From the NCBI GenBank assembly GCA_027923505.1, contig BROI01000035.1, forward strand, positions 124,001 through 188,000: a stretch of DNA of 64,000 nt, in the 5' to 3' direction. This DNA comes from Mayamaea pseudoterrestris. Its lineage: Eukaryota. Numbering within the stretch: the stretch's first letter is position 1; each line of letters starts with the position of its first letter. Position numbers and translations under genes: made by a program. Below, piece after piece: positions 44,001 to 52,480 of this stretch. The notes below the pieces were generated by a model. That model was given only the letters and a program-made list of their open reading frames with translations, searched no databases and was not told the DNA's origin.

Positions 44001-44499
44001 TGCTGATTGCTGTTTGAGAAACCGTTGGTTCCGTCGTCTCCATTTCGGTTGCAGCAACCGTAGGCTCATTCGTCGCAGAAGTTTTCGGATTTGTCGGAGA
44101 CGCTGTTGCTGGTTGTTCCGCTAAAGTTGGAGTCGTTGTCGGTGCGTCTGTCGTTGGCGAGAACGATGGAGGTGCAGTAGGAGCGAGCGAAGTAGGTCGA
44201 CGGGTTGAATAAGCCGGAGTCGGTGCGGGTGAAACATCAATCTCTGGTGGAACTTCCCGGACTGGCGTGCCTTCCGACGCGGCGAATGCACAATGTATCC
44301 GATCGGATTGGAAGAGAAGAAAAGCATTGACAGATGCGACGAGCAACCGAGATAATGGAAATGTTCCTCGATTTCTTTTCCTCTGCGATAATTTTCGTTG
44401 AATTCCTTTACGATAAGAGCAACTATAGCATAACCAATCTTCTTCTTGACATTTCCCTTGCCGACAGCTACAATTTTCGTGGTTAACAATTGCCGGCAT
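41095..44499 (-). CDS. Single-pass membrane protein with a P/T/S-rich mucin-like ectodomain and a long disordered tail
   Basis: 1134-aa ORF with PTxxP repeats, a basic RRRKLRRR/RNL region, and TM helix ITAGFILLFLTLASLLFWVRLLY followed by KRQKERKRKR. Confidence 0.8.
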   Translation of the reverse strand: MPAIVNHENCSCRQGKCQEEDWLCYSCSYRKGIQRKLSQRKRNRGTFPLSRLLVASVNAFLLFQSDRIHCAFAASEGTPVREVPPEIDVSPAPTPAYSTRRPTSLAPTAPPSFSPTTDAPTTTPTLAEQPATASPTNPKTSATNEPTVAATEMETTEPTVSQTAISSSSSNNTSSNTSEPTVNATVETEQPSPKPTRIPTRVPTTRKPATRKPSLQPTKAPVSKKPTVSPTPQLKKTLSPISYTQKPIMTTPAVDESNLSSFPASIPINFAATVQAPTYETPQRLAANCERIWETYMAARLRAIYRTNAEIQPSDVKLVVSLDGNSQQRRRKLRRRYDLRAFNATPAASATGNYLSALLISRNLRTTQRLDLKAIGSAGFFVNRSSMTDDEFMLSAQNIMDTIHTQESLQQALTLGGTDTIVISVTTSMNTTNDSSNYSDTKRPSTGRITAGFILLFLTLASLLFWVRLLYTKRQKERKRKRLAELRQSQSKLARLPPQMHGIIGKARGVPPPSVASSLYPAMDPLPTTNEEDDSSSNSSNYPGLDSFSEPMDNIENDIDSDPFARELQDAVSLDQMAWREILRQKEHMDMASRELVSPAPWARNGNKERSTSSQQRPRPSAGVYAGREGQEPIQRINSFPYGDENDPGTSFQHHDGVEVSINEAVRWDADGVLLQVTPRGEGENCMEEEDDGNFEPYGDEQSLDPQRSGRRILSNYSFAYPLAQQKLTAEHAQNGDQQQTEGTETYEPYQLRDFDDLLNELSSDDSDNDVDPGDMLEEVARLSDYVKRYGQKKEFEKSVREEMATSYTVSELPPPNPLLERLETSRSSPRRSTNSFSPSRNSSIDVLSTKYSKISLFQQAAAFMRRDRSVDPRAASMNEDKSENDNIVEDIGRLGIGRFDVQRPSNHLLSLRTGEDKAEIRQFASVTPDDSGESDAEHGVTPTSTASGPPGPDEDIGLTPPRATKHAVQFPASMSNMEAAKPSAGIEMAEQLVSKSVRKSQSPARNRSASAAFENFTSGQTLVAAKSPTRNYASYRSSSPNLAPVKGLAAVPTTSKNSRSAMDVSPTMVSSLPPQQLPRPIGFKRPAQVSPRSKNSNFNHIISLFENKPKNAVQPLSENWQHNGASPVNNSSN

Positions 44500-44751
44500 G
44501 ATGGTCCGTGTCGATGATGCATGCCTGCCTCCATGGAATATTTACTCGAACGATTGGATCGAGAGGTGCAGGCTTTCGGCGATCCGAGCGAGCTGGCCAG
44601 CATGATCGTATCCTGGAATGTTGGTACGACATTTGGAGTAATACCGTAGCGACAAAGCGTGACAATTTTTCGTTTTTCCATCGGGCGAACCATCCGACTC
44701 GTTTTCGCCTTCATCTTTCTCATCCTCCACAGCAAGTTTGATCACGCGAGA

Positions 44752-46662
44752 ATGAACCATTGTACCATGATGAAGCGGTCTTTACAACATACTCTGTCTT
44801 GCGGCTGGCGATCAAGTCTATCTAGTATTTTACACTCCACTACCAGGCGACAGATTTTCCTTCGCCGCCATCTTGTCGGACATCTCCAGCATTCAGCCCT
44901 ATCAACGAATGCAGCATCGGCATCGTCTTTGTGGAAGATTGACTCTTGGAACGGCCTCTTGACGAGAAAAATATCCAAAGATTCCAGTGATCAGGATTTG
45001 CTAATCTACCAAGTCATAGTCGGTCTCGAAATTCATGCCCAGCTCGACATTCCAAGCAAACTCTTTTCAAACGCTCCATCGGCTTCTCAGCGACGCTCAC
45101 AAAACACCGTTCCCAATACTCTTCTGAGTCCATTTGACATTGCCGTTCCAGGATACTTGCCCTCCATATCGAAATCAGCCGTACAAAAGGCCGTATTGGC
45201 AGCGGCAGCACTTGATTGCAAACTCTCATCCGTCTCAAGGTTTGAACGCAAACACTACTCCTACGCGGACCTTCCACATTCCTATCAAATTACGCAACAG
45301 CGATGGCCGCTGGCTACTCATGGGAGTGTGACATGCCAATCTATCGAAAAAGCTACGAAGAACAACAAGGCGTCGACCACTAACGGCGAGATACATTGTC
45401 GGATTGAACGCATCCAACTCGAATGCGACACGGCCAAGACCACTTTGACGCACGTTGATCCAACAACGCATCAAACAAATACCTCATTTGTTTGGTCACT
45501 CATTGACTACACACGGGCAGGGACGGCATTGATGGAAATTGTAACAGCACCCGATTTACGATCGTCCAAACAAGCAGTGGCGGTGGTTTCACACATTCGC
45601 CAGTTGTTGCAGCACGTGCATGCATGCGAGGGGAAAATGCAGGAAGGACACTTGCGAGTAGACGTGAACGTGAATCTGCAGCGTGTCGAATCTAGCGGCA
45701 ATCAAGATATGCACAACGCTCGCGTTGAAGTAAAGAACCTGAATTCCTTCCAACAAATCGCCGACGCGATCGACTATGAAGCCATTCGACAAGCACACGA
45801 ATGGAGTCAGCGTGACAAACAAGGTGGACAAGTAGCACCTTCATTGGGCGAGACGAGAACGTGGGATGTTTTGAATGAATGTACTAAGCTAATCCGACGC
45901 AAGAATGAGGCCGACGACTATCGATTCTTGCCCGAGCCAGATCTGCCACCAATACATTTGAACGAAGCTGCATTCGACGGCTTATCGCTTGATGAGTTTA
46001 TTAAACTTAATTTACCAGAACTCCCTGCTGCAGCCATCCAGCGTATACGACATAATTATGGGATATCTGCGGGCCAAGCGCATGTTCTTGCCAGCGACCC
46101 GGCTGCTATTCGCTTCTTGGATGAAGCCATGACGCATGCTCCGACTCTAAACGACAAGGCATTTGCCAGAACGACCAGCAACCTCATATGCAACGAACTT
46201 TTCGCGCTCATCAAGGACAACATTGATGAGAATGATGATTGCGTGGGTGATCACAGCAAGGACGGTGCGAGTATCGCTCTTTCCACTGTTTCAGCTCATC
46301 AACTCGGTGAGCTGGCCCTTATGCAACACAAAGGTGCAATATCCAGTACCATGGCAAAAAAGATACTGTCGATTCTGTTTCGAGCAGATAACTTTACCAC
46401 AAGTCCTCGCCAAATTGCAGCCGAGCATGAGCTGGAACTCATCTCGGACCCCCAGCAACTCCTTACTATTTGCCGTCAAATTGTGGCGAAACATCCTAAT
46501 GAAGTTGAAGTTTATCGCAAGGGCGGAAAGTTTGTTGTAAAGATGCAAAAATTGTTCACCGGCAAGGCCATGGCAGCATGTCGTGGCAATGCGCACCCGG
46601 AGCGACTTCACGAAGCCGTCGAACAAGCGCTTGAAGAAGCTACTACATCAACCAGGCAGTAG
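44752..46662 (+). CDS. gatB: Glu-tRNA(Gln) amidotransferase subunit B, probably mitochondrial
   Basis: VGLEIHAQL, PGYLP, FERKHYSYADLPHSYQITQ, IERIQLECDTAK, LMEIVTAPD, LRVDVNVNL, RVEVKNLNS, DYRFLPEPDLP and a Yqey-like C-terminus. R/S-rich presequence. Confidence 0.93.
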   Translation: MNHCTMMKRSLQHTLSCGWRSSLSSILHSTTRRQIFLRRHLVGHLQHSALSTNAASASSLWKIDSWNGLLTRKISKDSSDQDLLIYQVIVGLEIHAQLDIPSKLFSNAPSASQRRSQNTVPNTLLSPFDIAVPGYLPSISKSAVQKAVLAAAALDCKLSSVSRFERKHYSYADLPHSYQITQQRWPLATHGSVTCQSIEKATKNNKASTTNGEIHCRIERIQLECDTAKTTLTHVDPTTHQTNTSFVWSLIDYTRAGTALMEIVTAPDLRSSKQAVAVVSHIRQLLQHVHACEGKMQEGHLRVDVNVNLQRVESSGNQDMHNARVEVKNLNSFQQIADAIDYEAIRQAHEWSQRDKQGGQVAPSLGETRTWDVLNECTKLIRRKNEADDYRFLPEPDLPPIHLNEAAFDGLSLDEFIKLNLPELPAAAIQRIRHNYGISAGQAHVLASDPAAIRFLDEAMTHAPTLNDKAFARTTSNLICNELFALIKDNIDENDDCVGDHSKDGASIALSTVSAHQLGELALMQHKGAISSTMAKKILSILFRADNFTTSPRQIAAEHELELISDPQQLLTICRQIVAKHPNEVEVYRKGGKFVVKMQKLFTGKAMAACRGNAHPERLHEAVEQALEEATTSTRQ

Positions 46663-46751
46663 TTGATATCAGAAATATATGATGTAGTTAATGCACATTT
46701 TGACCGCTACCGGTAGGTCTGCATCTTGATTACTGGTTATCTTGTCGTCAT

Positions 46752-47594
46752 TCAATTTATCTCGCCCAGTTCTCTAAGTTTGTGAATGGCAAGGAGGCTG
46801 GCCCATCCTCCCACAACTGTCAGCTGTCCACTAGCAATGAGCTCCATAAGTTCTGGTATCGTAGTACCTGTCACGACTTCCATACCTTCCTCGGTCTCGT
46901 CCCTTGGTAGTGCGTGTTCGACAGCAACAGGCTCTGGATCAATGACCAAGTACACTCCAAGTCTCGTCGTACAATACTTATCCATGGCACTGTCGTGCTC
47001 TGTCACCCTGTACCAGGTGCCTCCCTTCATGCGACATTCCTCCTCTAGTTCGTACTCGGCCGCAGTAAGACTCCTGTCCTTGTCGCAATTGCTGCTACTT
47101 CCATGAAGTGACGCATCGTGTCTCGCATCTTGCGTGGCATGTTTTGAATCTTCTACCATGCCAGCCGCCAGTCCAAGGACTCGTTTATGTAGTGCGGGCA
47201 TGTATTCTCTAATAAGAGTTACAGTCTTTGTGCGACTATGCCAAACGAAAACAAGGACTGCTTGATCGGTGCCGCGCTGTCCTACAATTTCAAATTCGAC
47301 TTGTAGCGAGCTTGGCAAAGTGACGGTTCGTCGAACTAGTTTTCTCCAACCGTCATGAATGACACGATCGGAAATAATGGCAAAGTCATTGTTGGTGCTT
47401 ATGCCATGGTCCGAGCCACCTCGTCGATTCGATGAGATTGGAGCTGCGACGACGGAAGTCCCGAATTGATCGGCAGGCAAGGGAGAAGCGACAGGGATAT
47501 TCGGTATAGAAAGGATCATACAAAAACATGCCAGCATATATACGACTTGCCATTTAACATATTGCATCGACTTATTGAGCGCCATTGGATTCAT
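46752..47594 (-). CDS. Nudix hydrolase (ADP-ribose pyrophosphatase-like) with an N-terminal hydrophobic segment
   Basis: TLIREYMP...LGLAAGMVE...AAEYELEEEC Nudix box and RDETEEGMEV. Start uncertain (several in-frame ATGs). Confidence 0.78.
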   Translation of the reverse strand: MNPMALNKSMQYVKWQVVYMLACFCMILSIPNIPVASPLPADQFGTSVVAAPISSNRRGGSDHGISTNNDFAIISDRVIHDGWRKLVRRTVTLPSSLQVEFEIVGQRGTDQAVLVFVWHSRTKTVTLIREYMPALHKRVLGLAAGMVEDSKHATQDARHDASLHGSSSNCDKDRSLTAAEYELEEECRMKGGTWYRVTEHDSAMDKYCTTRLGVYLVIDPEPVAVEHALPRDETEEGMEVVTGTTIPELMELIASGQLTVVGGWASLLAIHKLRELGEIN

Positions 47595-47874
47595 GAATGA
47601 TAGGCATTTTGTTGGACACTTTGTTGGATGGAACGGATCGTTCGAAATGTTGGAAAGGATCATCAAACTCATCGCATCGGTTTCCAATCGATTGATACTT
47701 TTTCGGAACCTTCTTTGCGTTCGCTAAACAGCTAAAAAGCGATCTTTCGCCACCTGCGTGACACCACCATGAACGGGCCATGAATCGCGCGACAATCCAC
47801 TCCAAAATCTACCAAATAAACTTCGACAAACTGCTCTTTAGGTTGATAGTCTCTCTTTTCATTTTGTCGATAAT

Positions 47875-48770
47875 ATGACGCGTTTGATCCTCCTCGCGGC
47901 TGCCATGAGCATCTTGGCATTGCCACTGACAACTGACTGACGCCTTTTTGCAAATCTTACCATCATCCATGATTCGACAAGGTAAAGATCATCAACAAGA
48001 AGCTCTGCATCAAGCTGAACTTAATAGTTTTGACGATTTGGACGAGGCTCGACGATCCTTTGAGCAAATTCTGGACCAGCATGCCCCTGAATTTGCACTG
48101 CGCCATCTGCATGTTTTGACGTCCTCTTGTCGTCGGCGCAAACAACTCGAAATTCAACTTTTACAAAGTCTTGAAGACTCAGATGAGGCACTGGAGGAGT
48201 TGATACACTTGTGGATACATGAAGGGGCTCCAGAAGATGCAAACATAATTTTAGATATGCAGGAAGAGTGCTCGCCAGGGCTCGTCAAGGAGGAAGCGCT
48301 CTTGAAAAAGATGATACGCAAGCATCCATCTTGGTGCGAGCCATCTCTACGATTAGCGACGTTACTCTTTTACAAGGGTCGAACAGAAGAAAGCTTCGAG
48401 TTGGCGCATCGAGCTAGAGAGCTCAAGGTATGTTGAACATACACAATGTTTCACTGCGGCGTTTGCATGAACTGGTTTTCAAAGTTGGCAGCATGCTCAC
48501 GTACTTGGTTTATATTTACAGCCATGGCATTTTGAAGTATATCCTTTATTGATCATGTTGAATCTGCGAGGACCGAATCCAAGTTTTCAAAGCGCCATTG
48601 GCTGGGCAAGAATGGGTCTACCAAAACTCCATGGCCGGCGTCGTCACGAATGGGTGATGAGAGCAGTCGAGCAAGCAGAGACGCAATTTGAAACAGCGAA
48701 GGCAATCTCCGAGCAAATAATGCTTCGACCGCAATCGGAACTGACGGCCGAAACATTCACGTGGCAGTGA
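47875..48770 (+). CDS. TPR-like protein (paralogue of 4750-5652) whose presequence is frameshifted by a 4-bp duplication; intron 48428-48521
   Basis: Main frame LLQSLEDSDEALEELIHLW...KHPSWCEPSLRLATLLF...ELK|PWHFE...WARMGLPKL. ATG 47875 encodes a signal peptide that ends at TGA 47938-47940 within TGACTGAC. The next in-frame ATG is 47969. Confidence 0.75.
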
Positions 48771-49243
48771 GCCATGTTTTAAATATCCAGTTGCGGAGCT
48801 GTAACACATCGACGCTCCTCTTACTCCTACACTAGCAATCTATATTCATATTTATTGGTTGAAGTCCTGGTGAGCGATGTACATACCACTGTAACAGTTG
48901 GGGATGGCGTCTGATTTTTGTCTGATAGCCGAGCAGCAACTACAATCGTACGAACCACCTGCGATCTTTAAACGCTTAAGCCACTCTGGTCTGCCCGTTG
49001 TTTCACTTAAGCCTCTGAGTCATTTGACTTCATGCAAGATCGTATTCAAGTCATCAACGCAAAAGGCATAAGTAAAAAGTTTCCATTGATCAACGTGAGT
49101 TCGCAGTTGGTCACTGGAAGCGCAATCTGATCTTGCTTGCCGCATGCCCGAGTATCATATAGCTTGCAGTTCAGCTTGCTCTGCCATACAGTAAGCAACT
49201 TGGGTCTGCAATCAAGCTGCACTAAAAGAGACTTTGATTGACC

Positions 49244-52132
49244 ATGAAGCTGATAATCAGCGTAGCCGCCATTGCGGGCTTGACGACGGCTGTCCATGGC
49301 CGTCCTCGCTTCCTCCAAGACTCTGGTGCCTCGAACAATTTCGTCTGCAAGTACGACACCCCGCCCGATGTGATTCCCTTTACACCGGATGAGAGTCCTG
49401 TACCGACCAGAGCGCCTTTTCCTACTGCGGCTTTCCAGTTACCGCCTGTCGACTGCATTCCAGACATTGAGATTGATGGTGAATTGACAATGGTGGGAGA
49501 TGACTTTGACTATCCTCCCATCAACATTCTCAAGTACGAAGAAGACAAAGTCACGTTTACAGCCTCGCAAACTTGGGCTGACAAGACTCTCTGCCAAGTT
49601 GCTGTCGACTACAGCAGCGCTGATCAAGGCGGCGACATGGTGTGTGATCCTCATGCTGGAGTTGCTGCTGGCGAAATCGGAAGCTACACGGCCATGTGCA
49701 TCGATGGCTTTGCCACCATTACACTATACGCTCAAGACGACTTTTTCAAGCCCAACGGAAATGCCAAAAGCGTTCCTTCTCGCTGTGGGACAGATCTTAC
49801 GCCTGGCTCAAGTACCATTACGCATACCATCAAGATTCCTTGCGTCATGGAACCAGGCTGTCCGGCGAATGAGCCACCTGTTTGTGACGGATCCGAAGAC
49901 ATGATCGTTGCTCCACTGGAAACCTTTGAAAATGACAATGTCGATGGCTGGCTCTACGCCAATCCAGGCAGTGAAGGAGGAAACGGCTTCCTTGGACCCA
50001 CTTCGGAAACGGTAAAGGCATTCTGGGTTCCAACTGAGGCTGATGCACTCACCATTACCTTCACCGTCTTGGAGCTCTCCTGCGACAGCAAAATGGTGGT
50101 TCGATTGGACGACTCGTTGATTGAGCTTGGATCGGCCTTTGATTGCGTCAAGCAAGACGTTTACAAGGGATACGCCGGCGATGTTTACATTGAATCGACG
50201 CCAGTTTCAAACACGGAGAATCAAGTCACTATGCTCGTCCCTCCTGAATGGTTCCAAGACACTGGACGCTTGGTGGTTGGTTTCGTCGCCTCAACTGTCG
50301 GTATTGACGACTTTGATATTACATCGGTGTGCAGCGGCCCCGTCGAATGGCCAGTCGTCGAAACGGAGGCTCCTTCGAGCGCGCCCACTGCTGACTGCGT
50401 TCCCAACGTACTTATTGATGGTGCTCCAGGATTTCCATCTGACTTGGATTATGATCCAATTGAGATTCTTTCGTTTGATAATAAGGAGGTTGTCTTTTCG
50501 GCATCGCAAACATGGGCGGACCAAACCCTTTGTCAGGTGGCTGTCGACTACAGTGCGGCCAGCGCCCAGGGAAACATGGTCTGCGATCCACACAGTGCCG
50601 TTGGCCCTGGAGAATTTGGTACCTATCGCGCCGTTTGCGTCAATGGGTTTGCTACCATTACAGTCTATGCTCAAGATGACTTCTTTAAGCCCATTGGCAA
50701 TGCCAAGAGTGTTCCAAGCCGCTGCGGATCCATCACGCCTGGATCAAGTACGATTACTCATACCATCAAGATCCCATGCTCTCTGGAACCAGGGTGCCCC
50801 GCCAATGAGCCTCCTGTTTGTGACGGCTCGGAAGACATGGTTGTTGTCGAAGAGGAAACTTTTACAGATGGCGTTGACGGATGGTTGTACGCCAATCCCG
50901 GCCTCAAGAATGGCAACGGATTCCTCGGACCTACAGAGGAAACGGCCAAGACTTTTGCTGTCCCTACGGTTGCCGAAGCCGTGGTTGTCACATTCAAGGT
51001 TTTAGAGCTTGACTGCGACGCACATTTTGTCCTTCGTGTTGATGATGCCCTCGTCGAACTTGGATCGGCGTTTGACTGCACCAAGCTTGACTCATACGCT
51101 GGTTATGCTGGTGATATGTGGGTCCAGTCAACAGCTATCACTGCAACGGAGAATGAAATGCAGCTAATAATTCCTGCCGACTGGTTCAAGGACTCTGGGC
51201 GTCTAACCATTGGTTTCGTGTCTTCAACGGTGGGCATTGACGACTTTACCATGGAATCTGATTGCAGTGGGTCCGTGGAGTGGCCAGCGGGTGATTGTGT
51301 ACCCGACATTGAGTTTGTACAAGGCTTGTCAACAGATTTTGAGTACCCGCCCATTGAGATCCTTTCGTACGAAGGAGACAAGGTTGTTTTTTCCGCTTCG
51401 CAGACTTGGACGGAGGACACTCTCTGCCAGGTTGCCGTCGATTACAGCGCCGCTGACAAGAATGGTGCCATGACTTGTGATTCACATGCAGGGGTTGCTC
51501 CAGGCGAAATCGACGTCTACCGCGCCGTTTGCGTCAAAGGATTTGCCCACATTGACGTTTACGCGCACGATGAATTCTTTGCCGAAACGACGCTTAATGT
51601 TCCGTCTCGTTGCTCCGTGGCGAACGGCGCGCACACGCACTCCTACAAGATTGTCATTCCATGCAACCCTGAACCAGGCTGCGCATCAAAGACTGACGAA
51701 GCCATCTGTGCTGGCGCTGGGACGAAGCGCGTTGCGTTTGACGACTTTCAGAACGATGAGGCAAGCTCCTGGATGTTTGGCGACACTGGAAGAGCGGCTG
51801 GCGGTTCCTTCCTCGCTCCCACGACGGCTGAAGTCAGCAAGACTTTTAGTGTACCCAAGACTGCTTCGTCTGTCAGCGTGAGCTTCAAGACGATCAAGTT
51901 TGCGACTAAGAATTCCGTCCATTTGCGCATTGAAAATCACGTGATCGACTTGGGCGATGTCACTGCTGCCAAGGGTTTCTTCGGTGACATTGAAATGACT
52001 ACGACGAACGGACAGGTGAAGCTCAAGGTTCCCAAGGAGTGGTATGCGGATACGGGCCGTTTGACGCTTGGATTCGTTGACTCTAACGCCGGTATTGACG
52101 AGTTTGCGATTGACGCTACGTGCGGAGGGTGA
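49244..52132 (+). CDS. Secreted Cys-rich acidic protein made of three roughly 300-aa tandem repeats
   Basis: Signal peptide MKLIISVAAIAGLTTAVHG followed by RPRFLQ. Repeats start at about 49451, 50393 and 51293 and share PI.IL....V.F.ASQTW...TLCQVAVDYS...C..GFA.I.VYA.D...VPSRC...IPC..EPGC and W..D.GRL..GFV....GID.F. Confidence 0.88.
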   Translation: MKLIISVAAIAGLTTAVHGRPRFLQDSGASNNFVCKYDTPPDVIPFTPDESPVPTRAPFPTAAFQLPPVDCIPDIEIDGELTMVGDDFDYPPINILKYEEDKVTFTASQTWADKTLCQVAVDYSSADQGGDMVCDPHAGVAAGEIGSYTAMCIDGFATITLYAQDDFFKPNGNAKSVPSRCGTDLTPGSSTITHTIKIPCVMEPGCPANEPPVCDGSEDMIVAPLETFENDNVDGWLYANPGSEGGNGFLGPTSETVKAFWVPTEADALTITFTVLELSCDSKMVVRLDDSLIELGSAFDCVKQDVYKGYAGDVYIESTPVSNTENQVTMLVPPEWFQDTGRLVVGFVASTVGIDDFDITSVCSGPVEWPVVETEAPSSAPTADCVPNVLIDGAPGFPSDLDYDPIEILSFDNKEVVFSASQTWADQTLCQVAVDYSAASAQGNMVCDPHSAVGPGEFGTYRAVCVNGFATITVYAQDDFFKPIGNAKSVPSRCGSITPGSSTITHTIKIPCSLEPGCPANEPPVCDGSEDMVVVEEETFTDGVDGWLYANPGLKNGNGFLGPTEETAKTFAVPTVAEAVVVTFKVLELDCDAHFVLRVDDALVELGSAFDCTKLDSYAGYAGDMWVQSTAITATENEMQLIIPADWFKDSGRLTIGFVSSTVGIDDFTMESDCSGSVEWPAGDCVPDIEFVQGLSTDFEYPPIEILSYEGDKVVFSASQTWTEDTLCQVAVDYSAADKNGAMTCDSHAGVAPGEIDVYRAVCVKGFAHIDVYAHDEFFAETTLNVPSRCSVANGAHTHSYKIVIPCNPEPGCASKTDEAICAGAGTKRVAFDDFQNDEASSWMFGDTGRAAGGSFLAPTTAEVSKTFSVPKTASSVSVSFKTIKFATKNSVHLRIENHVIDLGDVTAAKGFFGDIEMTTTNGQVKLKVPKEWYADTGRLTLGFVDSNAGIDEFAIDATCGG

Positions 52133-52480
52133 GTTGAATTAGTTCGGTATAAATGATAAGAGTAGCCAATGTCTCTATCAATGATTATCAACGCTGCAAC
52201 AGTGTACTTAAAGAGTGAACAGGGCTCTTTGTTTGCGGTATATTGCTTTTGACAGCTCACTTATGGCGGATTTGTTGATGCCTCTAGTATAGCTGGCGTC
52301 GCACCGTTTTACGGTCAGACCAGTTCCGCAGACGAGACAGCTGATGACGTTTTGCTCGACCTTGGCGCGCCTTGCAATTCATTATTTCGCTCACATCAAT
52401 TATTGTTCCGCACAATTGCGTTGCTGGTGCTTACATGATCCTGCAACTCTAATGCATCATAAAGGAGGTTTGTGAAAGTA

